From Candidatus Latescibacterota bacterium (GTDB taxonomy: Bacteria > Latescibacterota > CBDEFO01), in the NCBI GenBank assembly GCA_965237525.1, contig CBDEFO010000008.1, forward strand, positions 1,952,001 through 2,016,000: 64,000 nt of DNA, in the 5' to 3' direction. This document shows, one piece after another, positions 9,963 to 19,981 of the stretch. The first letter of the stretch is position 1, and each line of letters opens with the position of its first letter. A model generated the notes under the pieces. That model saw only the letters and a program-made list of their open reading frames with translations, had not been told where the DNA came from and searched no databases. A program made the translations under genes and the position numbers.

Positions 9963-10772
9963 GTGATGAAATCCTTGATCTGCAGCCAAAACAACGCCAA
10001 ATCGCTTCTTTCCCTTGTTGTCCTCTTTACTCTATTTTTCTTAATTGTATTTTCCGGGGTCTCAAGTTATGCATCCTCAGCCGCAACGGCTCTTTACAAC
10101 GAGGCTAACAGACTCTACAGAGATGGGCAGTACCTGGAGGCGGCAGAACAGTACGAGGCAATACTAAAGACGGGGATACAAAATGGGGATGTCTATTATA
10201 ACCTGGGAAACGCCTACTTTAAAAGTGGACAGATCGGAAGGGCTATTCTCTGGTACGAACGGGCCTTGAGGCTACGCCCCCGCGATGAGGATGTAAAATG
10301 GAACCTGAAATTTGCAAACCTGCTAAAGGTGGATAAAGACCTTCCACCGGGCCAAAACATAGTGACAAGGTTCATTCTCGGGGTTCACAATCTCCTGACA
10401 GTAGACGAGCAGACGATTCTTTGCAGCGCTCTTTTCTATTCTATAACAGCCGCCTTTGTTGCTCTTTTGTTCGCAGGCACCAGAGTTCGAACCGCGCTGA
10501 TAACGCTTCTTATCTGCTTCGGCGTCCTGTGGCTGGTTGGGGGAGTCTCCACGGCCGCCAAAATATATCGCAACGAGTCTGAAGAGGAGGCTGTGGTAAT
10601 TTCCCCTGATGCAGACGCTTTCAGCGGTCCGGGAGAGGATAACACGAAGATATTTACGCTCCACGAGGGTACTAAAGTCACGATAGAGCGCCGAAGCCTG
10701 GAGTGGTTTCTCGTCCGTCTGTCCGACGACACTGGGGCGTGGATACAAAAAGAGGTAGTTGAGAAGATATAG
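9963..10772 (+). CDS. batE: TPR plus SH3-like protein BatE
   Basis: YYNLGNAYFKSGQIGRAILWYERALRL TPR, two TMs, LHEGTKV SH3-like tail. Confidence 0.85.
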   Translation: MMKSLICSQNNAKSLLSLVVLFTLFFLIVFSGVSSYASSAATALYNEANRLYRDGQYLEAAEQYEAILKTGIQNGDVYYNLGNAYFKSGQIGRAILWYERALRLRPRDEDVKWNLKFANLLKVDKDLPPGQNIVTRFILGVHNLLTVDEQTILCSALFYSITAAFVALLFAGTRVRTALITLLICFGVLWLVGGVSTAAKIYRNESEEEAVVISPDADAFSGPGEDNTKIFTLHEGTKVTIERRSLEWFLVRLSDDTGAWIQKEVVEKI

Positions 10773-10892
10773 ACAAGGTCGTGTAGAGTTTACTGAGAAT
10801 CACACTCTACCGAGTGAATTCTTTATATAGATCTTTGTCATTTCTCAAGCAGATAGAATGCAGTTGGAACGCTGCCTTTGGATAGACTGTCT

Positions 10893-10988
10893 TTATCTAT
10901 CTTTCTTTTTGTGTCTGTCTAGTCTCAGTCTCTTTTTCCTTTTATGCGTCGCTATTTTCTTGCGTTTCTTCTTTTTACCGCAGGGCAA
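10893..10988 (-). CDS. Small basic ribosomal protein bS22 (AURKAIP1/COX24, mS38-like), 31 aa
   Basis: Below the ORF-track cutoff; TTG start after ggaggt; MPCGKKKKRKKIATHKRKKRLRLDRHKKKDR matches the Bacteroidetes pattern MP.GKKRKRHK.ATHKRKKR. Confidence 0.88.
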   Translation of the reverse strand: MPCGKKKKRKKIATHKRKKRLRLDRHKKKDR

Positions 10989-11092
10989 AGACTCGCACCT
11001 CCTTTCGATAGCCAGAATGTAGGGCTGTCCCCAATACAAAAAACGATAGACGAAATCGGGGACCTGTCTTTAACATTGTCAAAGTTTTGAGG

Positions 11093-11377
11093 CTACACCT
11101 GTGTTGTTAATAACCTGTTTTTCAACTTCTTGGACGGTTTGAAGACAGGCACGTATCTTTCCGGGATTTTGACCTCTTCTCCAGTCCTGGGATTTCGTCC
11201 TGTCCTCTGCGCTCTCTTGACTACCTTGAACGTTCCGAATCCCCTGAGTTCGATAGTTTTATTTTGAGATATCGCTTCAACAACAGAGTTCAAGAATCCA
11301 TCTACAATGACCCCTGTGTCGATCTTCGTTATTCCGGTAGCCGATGCCACCCTGTCCACAATATCCGCCTTGGTCAC
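11093..11377 (-). CDS. HU/IHF family DNA-binding protein
   Basis: TKADIV, IELRGFGTF, RTGRNPRTGE, PVFKPSK; GTG start after aggaggg. Confidence 0.95.
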   Translation of the reverse strand: MTKADIVDRVASATGITKIDTGVIVDGFLNSVVEAISQNKTIELRGFGTFKVVKRAQRTGRNPRTGEEVKIPERYVPVFKPSKKLKNRLLTTQV

Positions 11378-11420
11378 GTCGGTCCCTCCTTTTTCGGGCA
11401 AGAGGTCTTTGGGGAGAAAG

Positions 11421-12317
11421 CTAAAGGAGCATATATTTAAGTGAGATGTGAGATCCTCTTTCTCCCAGAAAGATCCTATCCATAATTATGTCCATAATCA
11501 TGTCCAGCAGTTTCAATCCCCTTCGTTTTTCCACGACAGTCTTTGGGTCTTTCTCCAGGCCCGTCATCTGTGCCGCTATATCTATAGCGTCTTGATAGTT
11601 TCCCAAAACGTCCACGAATCCGTACTCCAGAGCCTGTCTGCCAGTAAATATTCGTCCGTCAGCCAATTTGATCACTTCTTCCTGGGTGAGTTTTCTTTGA
11701 GAAACTATAGCCTCTATGAACTGGTTATAGGTGTCATCTATGACGCCCTGTAGTAGTTCTCGCTCCTCCTTTGTGAGTTCTTTTGAAAATGCTCCCATGT
11801 CTTTGTACTTGCCGCTCTTTACAACGTCAAATTCCAGCCCGATCTTTTTGAGCAGCTCCTTTGCATTGGCAAGTTGAGCGATGACTCCTATGCTTCCCGT
11901 AATCGTTGCCGGGCTTGCGACTATGGTATCCGCCGCGGCAGCTATGTAATATCCGCCGGAGGCCGCCACGCTTCCCATAGATACGATGACCTTTTTGCCC
12001 TTTGACCTTACCTTGAGCATCGTCTCATATATTTCTTGAGACGGAACCACTGCTCCTCCGGGGCTGTCTATCCTTACGACTACGGCGGGCACAGAGTCGT
12101 CATCGCTGTATTTTTTCAGTTGCTTTATGACAGAACTGGAGCTGAAGATAGGCCCCTTTATCTCTATCAGGGCCACTTTCCTGGCCGAATCGCCGCTTAT
12201 AGAAAGACCGTCGCTCTCCATTCCTATAAGTCCTATTGCGATCAGGGCGATCAGAAAGACGAATAGGAGGCTCGATCCAATAATGATTCCTATTATCCAA
12301 TCCTGCTTCTTTGCCAC
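11421..12317 (-). CDS. sppA: Signal peptide peptidase SppA, 36K type (S49)
   Basis: RIDSPGG, AASGGYYIA, TITGSIGV, LADGRIFTG. Confidence 0.95.
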   Translation of the reverse strand: MAKKQDWIIGIIIGSSLLFVFLIALIAIGLIGMESDGLSISGDSARKVALIEIKGPIFSSSSVIKQLKKYSDDDSVPAVVVRIDSPGGAVVPSQEIYETMLKVRSKGKKVIVSMGSVAASGGYYIAAAADTIVASPATITGSIGVIAQLANAKELLKKIGLEFDVVKSGKYKDMGAFSKELTKEERELLQGVIDDTYNQFIEAIVSQRKLTQEEVIKLADGRIFTGRQALEYGFVDVLGNYQDAIDIAAQMTGLEKDPKTVVEKRRGLKLLDMIMDIIMDRIFLGERGSHISLKYMLL

Positions 12318-12369
12318 GTCTTATTCTCCTAACTTAACAGAACACTGCAAGATAAAGGACAATATAATA

Positions 12370-12397
12370 AATATAACGGAACTGGCCTATTTGTCAA
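12370..12397 (-). promoter_or_regulatory. Putative sigma70 promoter of sppA-HU-bS22
   Basis: TTGACA-16 nt-TATATT on the minus strand. Confidence 0.55.
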
Positions 12398-12817
12398 CAG
12401 ATTTACATTTAGCTGTCAGGGTAATGCACTTCTCAGTCTGGAGGTGAGGCTTGATTGAACGTCTGTTTAAGTGCTTTCTTCCTGTTTCGTGTTTCCCTAA
12501 CTCTTTATGTTATTAGGAGATAAAGCTTATTGACTTTCCTCTTGTTTCGTGTTATGTTATGGCATTCCCGCTTGTTCCAGTAGAAATTTAGTAGAAGTAT
12601 GGTAGAAAAGTCAAGGACAAAATTGCCCAGGGGTATTCAGTATTCCCAGAAGTGTTGGTTGGGTAGGAGCGAAGCAACGTATCAAGGCCAATCAGGGCTC
12701 GTTCACCTCCGGACTGAGAACTGTAAACTCTGTGGCAACTTCCAATCCTGTCGGGTAAAGGCACATGGTATCCACCCTTGGTAAAGATAGATAGAAGAGA
12801 GTCAAGGATCAAGACTG

Positions 12818-13068
12818 GCCCGATTAATTCATAAACTTGGTGGAGTCATTGCGAGGAGCAAAGCGGTCCCCGATTGAGTCTATCGGGGAAGCAATCTCAA
12901 GGTTTTATAGTGGTCTCCTATGAGAGCCCGAGAGTATTACATCTACCACATAATCGAGATTGCTTCGCCTTCGGCTCGCAAGGACACCGAAGGTGGTTAA
13001 ACGTCATAACTATAATATAATACAATCCCTTAATTAATACACGGCCTTTTTTTGTGAATTATTCGGGC
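12818..13068 (+). mobile_element. 251-bp MITE, copy 1
   Basis: Terminal IRs gcccgattaattcataaa / tttgtgaattattcgggc (16/18); internal gtcattgcgag..aagcaatctc / gagattgcttcg..ctcgca palindromes; inverted homolog at 25708-25958. Confidence 0.85.
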
Positions 13069-13193
13069 TTAGCTTGAAACTTTGTTGCACTAATTGAGGC
13101 CATAATCAAAAGCTATCCTTAGCCTGCGGTTGAGGAAGCGATACAGATGTAGCTGGGCTTTAGGTTTGATCAACTAATAAAAGGAGGCAGGCG

Positions 13194-15926
13194 GTGAGAG
13201 ATCTTAGAACTATACATTGTGCTTGCGAAGCTGTTCTTATGATGAGTTTGGTACTTTTCCTATTTCCTGTTCGTGTGCAGGCTCAGGTTCGTATGGAGCG
13301 TCAGGGATATTCGATCGTGGGCGGCAACAAGGTCATCATAGATTCGAAAGAGCAATGGTCTTTCTGGAAGGCTGCTGCAAAGACGATCCAGGTCACCGAT
13401 GAGGGGGTAAGACCTGGGTTCATGCGCAAGAGCACAGAAATAGAGATAGATGGCCAGATGGTGAGGGTTCCCGGCATAGACGTTGTCCCAAATGCATTTG
13501 AGTTTGGAGGAGGCATAAAGGCGGCAGGTTCAAACGCTTCAATCGCCGCCGACCTTATGGATGGTGATCTGGACACCTACTGGGAACCGGATATGGATGA
13601 TCCTATAGAGAATTGGTGGGTGCAGATAGATCTGGGGCAGCTTATATCTGTCACCAAGATCGTTCTCAGGTTCGTGGGGGAGGATCTTGGAGATCCATTT
13701 TTGCAGTTTAAGGTCCTAACGGCTCAAGGGGAGCCGTTCCCTGGTCGGCCTGACCTGTTTATATTCAGAAAGGTCTTGAGTACGGACCAGCCTAACCTGG
13801 ATGAGAGGGTCTTTGAGGTGGATATGACTCTTCTGAAGCCCACTGATTTTCCAGATGTACTCGGGGATTTCACTGGTGATGTTATCAGATATGTGAATGT
13901 GGTTATAACAGACAGCAGATACGGTAAGGGGCTGCGGGTCACCGAATCTGGATTTGAGAGTCTGGAGCCTGACGAACGTGGAGAGATAGAATACTTCAGA
14001 CGAGAGTCAACAGGCAGGTTGAGGTTGGTGGAAGGCTTACGGCAATGGGAGGCTATAGAGGATGAGAGCAAACGAGGACCGGTAGTCCACCACCGTCGGG
14101 AGTTGCCGAGGTTGGCGGAGGTTGAGGTGTGGTCAATTGGCGACAACATCGCTTTGGGCATATTAGATCGCGGCGGCACTTTAGAGAGCACTGAAGCCCC
14201 AAACGAACCGCTCTTGGTTGATGGTAATATCAAACCGGCGTACAACATTTCGAATCAATATAAGAACGACCCAACGCCGGATTTTCTGCAAACTGAGCGC
14301 GGGTTAGTTATAGATCTTGGAGGTGCCTTCTTTTTAGATAACGTTCGGATGATTACGGATTTAGGGGGGACACACGGTCAGGGCACGCTTTATGACAATT
14401 ACGCAATGAGTCTGTCGGACGGTTCCAGGACTCTTGACGGGAGCTTAGCCTGGAAGCTTGTGGTGGATATGGTTTCCGGAAGCCAGCTTGGTCAAACAAA
14501 ATATCACGACCACAAATTCAAGGCTTCCAAAGCTAAATTCTTCTCCCTTACCTGGACTCTGCTTGGGGTAAAGGGAGGGGGAGGACGTGCCGCAATAAAG
14601 GAGATTCAATTATTCGGAGAGGGCTATTTGCCGGAGGCCCAGATTGTATCTATCTTTGAAGGGAGATCCCCCTTCATTGAGCTGCCAGGGATAAGGAATC
14701 TGACGTCGTTACAGTGGGATGCAGATACGCCGGAAGGCACAGATGTGCTTATTCAGACAAAGACAGGTGATACGGTCAAGAAGGTAAAATACTACTTCAC
14801 GAGGGCAGGCAAAGAATTGCACCCGGGGAACGAGAAAGAAGCAGAAAAAGCATATAACAAGTGCTGTCTTAAAGGGTTTTTTGAGGGGAGTATAGTGGAG
14901 GAGACAGTCCCAGGAAGTGGTTGGAGTGGCTGGAGTGAGACCTATGTGCGTTCGGGGGACAGGTTCAGATCTCCCAGTCCCAGAAAATACATTATGATCC
15001 GAGCTACCTTTCTGACGGACGATCCTTTTCGATTTGCTACTTTGCGTTCAGTGAGGCTTAATTTCTTGGCAGGTGACCCTGTTGCCACATCTGTGATTGG
15101 AGAGGTAACACCTTCCCGTCTGGATTCGATAGGCATTAAGCAGGAACTGTCCTTTTTCATCCGCCCCACGTTTGATTTTAGGAGCAAAGGGTTGGATGAG
15201 ATCCTTATCGAGGCGCCTTCTGGAGTCAGGATGAACTTTAAGCAGGTCAATAAGTGGGAGGATGAAAGCATTGAAGACATGATCATAGATGGCCATCTGA
15301 GGGAACCTGATGAAAGTTATACAGATAAAAGCGAAGGTTTTCAGGTTTTATCCAGACCTGATTCCGATTCACTGTGGGTTCGGCTGCCGGGTCGTATAAA
15401 GACGACTACGGGTAATGTTCTAATCGAGGTCAAGTTTGAAGCGCAGTTATTTGGATTCAGCACATTTTTTGATGGTTCTATAGGCAATTCATCCGTAGAG
15501 GGTTCCTGGCAGAGGACGGACGATGGTGATGCTAATGGCGTTACAGACAGCGAAAAGACAGTAGTATTAGCCCTTGAGGGGAATAGGATATTAGATGCTA
15601 TTGAGGTAGATCCTAAGATAATTACACCCAATGGAGACGGGATTAACGATAAGACGTCGATAAGCTTTTTACTGTTGCGTGTGGGGTTATCAACTCCTGT
15701 GCAGGTGCAGATATACGATCTTAGCGGCAATATAGTTGTTGAGTTGCTGAATGACTCTCTTTCTTCGGGGGCATATAAAGAAGACGATGCAGTGATCTGG
15801 GATGGCACCGATAGTTCAGGAGGGTTAGTTACTCCTGGTATATATGTTATAAGGATTAATGTTGATACCGATTCAGATTCTGCTGAAGATAGTTCAGTCA
15901 GCCGGTTAGTGCAGGTTGCATATTGA
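13194..15926 (+). CDS. Large secreted protein with discoidin-like domains and a C-terminal FlgD-Ig/sorting-type domain
   Basis: Signal peptide; DGDLDTYW...VQIDLG; C-terminal ITPNGDGIND, IYDLSG, WDGTD...PGIY. Confidence 0.75.
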   Translation: MRDLRTIHCACEAVLMMSLVLFLFPVRVQAQVRMERQGYSIVGGNKVIIDSKEQWSFWKAAAKTIQVTDEGVRPGFMRKSTEIEIDGQMVRVPGIDVVPNAFEFGGGIKAAGSNASIAADLMDGDLDTYWEPDMDDPIENWWVQIDLGQLISVTKIVLRFVGEDLGDPFLQFKVLTAQGEPFPGRPDLFIFRKVLSTDQPNLDERVFEVDMTLLKPTDFPDVLGDFTGDVIRYVNVVITDSRYGKGLRVTESGFESLEPDERGEIEYFRRESTGRLRLVEGLRQWEAIEDESKRGPVVHHRRELPRLAEVEVWSIGDNIALGILDRGGTLESTEAPNEPLLVDGNIKPAYNISNQYKNDPTPDFLQTERGLVIDLGGAFFLDNVRMITDLGGTHGQGTLYDNYAMSLSDGSRTLDGSLAWKLVVDMVSGSQLGQTKYHDHKFKASKAKFFSLTWTLLGVKGGGGRAAIKEIQLFGEGYLPEAQIVSIFEGRSPFIELPGIRNLTSLQWDADTPEGTDVLIQTKTGDTVKKVKYYFTRAGKELHPGNEKEAEKAYNKCCLKGFFEGSIVEETVPGSGWSGWSETYVRSGDRFRSPSPRKYIMIRATFLTDDPFRFATLRSVRLNFLAGDPVATSVIGEVTPSRLDSIGIKQELSFFIRPTFDFRSKGLDEILIEAPSGVRMNFKQVNKWEDESIEDMIIDGHLREPDESYTDKSEGFQVLSRPDSDSLWVRLPGRIKTTTGNVLIEVKFEAQLFGFSTFFDGSIGNSSVEGSWQRTDDGDANGVTDSEKTVVLALEGNRILDAIEVDPKIITPNGDGINDKTSISFLLLRVGLSTPVQVQIYDLSGNIVVELLNDSLSSGAYKEDDAVIWDGTDSSGGLVTPGIYVIRINVDTDSDSAEDSSVSRLVQVAY

Positions 15927-16205
15927 GCAAGCAGCCCACGATAGATTCAATCGGGCAGTCGGGGTGTGGGCATCTCGTGCACAGCTGCCACCCCTTTTTG
16001 CTGGGGGACGAAGTGCCAGCAAACCGCGAAGTGGGCGAAGCAATCTGACTTAGGTTGCCTCTCCCTGTGTGTTGGCTGCTATTTAGGATCCCTACAAACT
16101 TGTGCATACTATTTTGACGCGATACTGGGCTTTTACTTGAAGGGAGGGAACCCTAGTGTCAAACTCCGTTAATCACGGGAAGTCAGACCATTAATCTCCA
16201 ATGGG

Positions 16206-17623
16206 GTGATAAAAATGTCTTGGTGTGCAAGAATGGGTAGTATTTTATGTAGGCTGGCAGGGTTGATTCTGCTTGCTTTGGTGGTCACCAGTATCTTTTC
16301 AGATGAAGCCACCTGTGCGACTATCTACAGGATCGGAAGGCCGTTTTCACCAGTAGAGAAAGACAGTCTCCAGGGGATAGGGATTAAGCTCAAGGAGATC
16401 AGCTGGTTGAACAAAGATGCATCTGAGATCAGGGAGAACATCGATGAGGACTCTCTGAAAGCGGCGGATGCAGGCTCAATTCAACCCAAGTTTATCAGGG
16501 AGGGTGAGAGCATAGCCGCAACGGCTCTGGACAGAGGTGGATGGATAGCCGAAGGTACCCCCAAGCTTATGAGAGGCTAGGCCACCATGAGGGATATGGA
16601 ATCGAAGGCAACATTGGGAATAACATGATAGATGGGGATCCGACCACGGCTTTTGTGTGGCCTTGGCCGGCGCCCGCGGGGGAGCAAAGAGGCGGCGCAA
16701 GATGTCATCATGCACCTCACCGGATAGTTATTAACTTAGGCGGAATATTTGTCGTCAATAAAGTAAGATTCTACACTCGTGAAGGAACATCCCCAGAGGG
16801 TGAGGAATATGAGACTCACTTCATACAGGACTACGAATTGGGTACCAGCCTTGGCCGCCCGCAGGATTTCATCGAGACCCACTATTGTCGAGGAACGGGT
16901 TACATCCCGAGTTTCCGACAGTTTGCCAAGTACACTCACCCAGGCAGTAGAGGTCAATCTGGATTTCCATCTGGCGCCAGTGCACGTCATGAGCGCGTTG
17001 AAAATCTATTTCCTGAAGTTATAATACCGCTTGATCCTCCGGAGAAAATCTCTTATGTCGCGCTGTTCATCTATACCCCAAATTTGAAGACGATAGAGAT
17101 CGCCGAGTTTGAGGTCTTGGGACAGGGCTTTGTAGAAGAAGCCTCTTATATAGCTGACATAATTGAGTTGGACGACATCGCCAGTTTCGGCGAGATCACC
17201 TGGTCGGGGAGTCGTGATCCCAAGGCCGAGGCTAGGATCCGAACCAGGAGTGGGACAGATCGTCATCCGGACGTCTACTGGAGAATCAGCCCTGAGCAGC
17301 AAACGTCGGTAGTTTTGCCTCCCGAAAAGGGGGGAAAAGACCTGAGCCCAGAGGAGCACAAAAGTGAGTACGACAAACTCCCTAAAAGTTTTAGGGGTCC
17401 AGTGACTTACGATTCGGAAAACTGGAGCTTCTGGTCTGCACCTTACAAGTTTGAAAGTCCGGGAGTGACGATCGGAAGTGGTGTTTGGTGGAAACAGAAG
17501 ATGGTCACAAGGGTTGGTTTGCTGTTGAATCCAACTGGCGGATTGTCGGCACAGGAAAAGAGGCAGATGAGATATTTGACGGTCTATGTCACGCAGATTA
17601 GCTGGATGCTTACTGTTGCCTGA
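16206..17623 (+). pseudogene. Frameshifted, 3'-truncated paralog-like secreted protein of the same family
   Basis: One missing C in a C-run at ~16560 joins ORFs 16206-16580 and 16541-17623; shared motifs IDGDPTTAF, INLGG.F, RTRSG, WSFWSAPY; resemblance stops at ~17475. Confidence 0.7.
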
Positions 17624-17753
17624 CACCGCGTGCAACGGACGCGAGCGGCTAGCGGTTTTTGAATGTTTTGGAGTCAACCAAGAATAGGACTTGCTGCTGC
17701 TCGGCCTATAGTGTAGATAACGTTCTGTTGATCCGAAAAAGGAGAAGGAAATC

Positions 17754-19646
17754 ATGAAGACATTAATCAGAGGTTTCTGTGCACTCAGCATTCTAATTGC
17801 TGCGTCGGCTGTTGTTTCAGCTCACCAGCCATCTGGTGGCATCTTTCCGGTTTTTCAGTTTCCCGAAAACGCCTTGCCGCGGATAGACGGCGATTTAAGC
17901 GATTGGGATATGGTCCCAGAGAAGTTCTGGATAACTCTGGACAATAATTTCGGAAAGAGCGAGGTAATGCCGTCAGGAGCGTATACTTATCATCCTATCT
18001 GGAGAGATTTCGATCTTGCCGATTTGAACGTAAAGTGCATCGTAGGCTGGAATGAGAAGACAAACCGTATCTACGTTATGGCTGAAGTAGTGGACGACTA
18101 TCTCCACAATTCACGTGAAAACCCCTCACGTTATGACTGGGACGACGACATCAATTTGGTAATCGATGCCGACCACAGCGGGGGAAAGCTCTTCAAGAAA
18201 AGATGGGAATACTTACCTCGAGAAGAGCAAGAGCAGTTGTTCTATACGACTGGCCAGCTTTACACTATGCTGGTACCGCCTATAGACGGCTATTACAGCT
18301 TTATGTACTTTCTGGACGGCGGCACCTTCTGGTGGTTGACGGATGGGACACGTGACCTTGCTCCTGATTATCTAAAGACAGGCTGGACACGCACAGGCGA
18401 AACAGGAGGACCTGGTACTTATACTTATGAGTATATGGTAACCCCCTGGGAGTTGCTGAGTCCTGACGGTCCTGATTCGAGCACAATAGTGGATCTAGAG
18501 GAAGGGAAGATCATACACCTCGGGTTTCTGTTCAAGGATTACGATACCTTTGAGAGCTACGAGGGGTCGTATGATTTTCCTCCCATGCACGAAGTCTGGC
18601 GCAACGCTGACCTTGCTGCCGACTTCGTGCTGTTACCAATTGGCGGCGATCTGCGTACTATCGCGGGCACGGTTACCAACTTGAGGCACTATAGAAAGGG
18701 GGTCCCGCTTCTAAAGGACCTGCCCGGGTGGTTCTTCGGACTTCGGTACCTTTTCGGAGTCAGCAGAAAAGATTTAGAACCCTATGGGGGATTGGTCATC
18801 GAGGCCTACCGAGGCGATCAGCCGGCGGGGAGTGCCCATACGGACGCAGAAGGACAGTACAATTTGATGGTGATGCCCGGGGAATACACCTTGGGGGTGC
18901 CTGGGGGACAGGGTGTGGAGGCTCCCCAGGTGGCAGGACTCACTGTGCGTGCGGGGCAGGAGACTAATGCCGATTTTGAAGTGACTCCGATCGAGCTGCC
19001 TAAGGTGCTGGAGCCATCTATAGCCGGGTACCAACTTAAGTGGTACAATGAACCGCTTATGAAGACCGAGCTAAGTATTATTCACATGAGCTTGGGAGTG
19101 GACGTCAAGCGCTATTCCTACGAAATACCCGACTTTCACTACATCTGCTATTCATATGAGCGCTACATAGAGGGCCAGAAGCAGCAGAGATTGGGGCGTG
19201 ATGGCGAACTCATAGACTGGACATCTGGAGGAATATCGGGTGCGTCAGGGGGTAAGAACATCATATCGCTTATCTTCCGCAGAACAGACGAAATGCTTCA
19301 TATATGGCACGCGACAAAGGGCGGCGGTGGAACTCTGGGTCGAGTTAACATCGAGGGCTATTACCCGAGAGGAGATGTAAGATATGGAGAGTCTCTGGCT
19401 GTGGGCAAAAGGTCGCTTGTTCATGTATGGGTTGCTGATAGCGCCGGAAATATTGAACGCTACTTGGAAAGAGGCCGACTTTCACCCCAGCGGACTGTGG
19501 AGGAGATCGCCTCCGAATATGGTCTTGTGGTAGCTATATACGCCGAACTTGAATGCAAAGAAGCGGAGTGGATAAAGCGTAAAGTGGAAAAAGTCACAGA
19601 GCAGAGAAAGCGCCAGAAGAAGGGCAAAACAAAAAACCCTGAATGA
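17754..19646 (+). CDS. Secreted multidomain protein: CBM9/DOMON-like N-domain, carboxypeptidase-regulatory-like domain, and a C-domain shared with 59457-60164
   Basis: Signal peptide; PRIDGDLSDW; TDAEGQYNL...PGEYTL; the last ~195 aa align with the 59457 ORF. Confidence 0.7.
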   Translation: MKTLIRGFCALSILIAASAVVSAHQPSGGIFPVFQFPENALPRIDGDLSDWDMVPEKFWITLDNNFGKSEVMPSGAYTYHPIWRDFDLADLNVKCIVGWNEKTNRIYVMAEVVDDYLHNSRENPSRYDWDDDINLVIDADHSGGKLFKKRWEYLPREEQEQLFYTTGQLYTMLVPPIDGYYSFMYFLDGGTFWWLTDGTRDLAPDYLKTGWTRTGETGGPGTYTYEYMVTPWELLSPDGPDSSTIVDLEEGKIIHLGFLFKDYDTFESYEGSYDFPPMHEVWRNADLAADFVLLPIGGDLRTIAGTVTNLRHYRKGVPLLKDLPGWFFGLRYLFGVSRKDLEPYGGLVIEAYRGDQPAGSAHTDAEGQYNLMVMPGEYTLGVPGGQGVEAPQVAGLTVRAGQETNADFEVTPIELPKVLEPSIAGYQLKWYNEPLMKTELSIIHMSLGVDVKRYSYEIPDFHYICYSYERYIEGQKQQRLGRDGELIDWTSGGISGASGGKNIISLIFRRTDEMLHIWHATKGGGGTLGRVNIEGYYPRGDVRYGESLAVGKRSLVHVWVADSAGNIERYLERGRLSPQRTVEEIASEYGLVVAIYAELECKEAEWIKRKVEKVTEQRKRQKKGKTKNPE

Positions 19647-19981
19647 AAGAGAACCTGAGCATCGGGTTCAATTGAGCTAATTTTATATTCCAAAGAGTAG
19701 ACAATGAAAAATACAGTTGTTGTATATTTTCAGATATTGATTCTAAGTCTTCTCTCAACGACCCCTAGTCTTGGTAAAAGCATCTCTCTTCTTTCCGAGA
19801 CTCAGGTATCCATCACGGGCTCGTCGAGCGATACCTATTTCTACCAGACAGAAGTCGTGGGGAATATCGCCATCATCGGCACGCGCCGCGCCGGGACGAA
19901 TGGTGGCAGGATTCACGACAGAGATAGAAACTGCAGCCAGAAGACTATTACCAACAAGAAAATATCGATAGGGGGACTCTC

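Noticed and set aside
12560..12812. IS remnant or small gene left of MITE copy 1
   Set aside because: The cccgcttgttccagtag end looks IS-like, but I found no partner IR or transposase motif.
17615..17730. Integron attC site (gcctgacaccgcgtgcaacggac...)
   Set aside because: Only a left-half resemblance; no complementary right end, no array, no intI.
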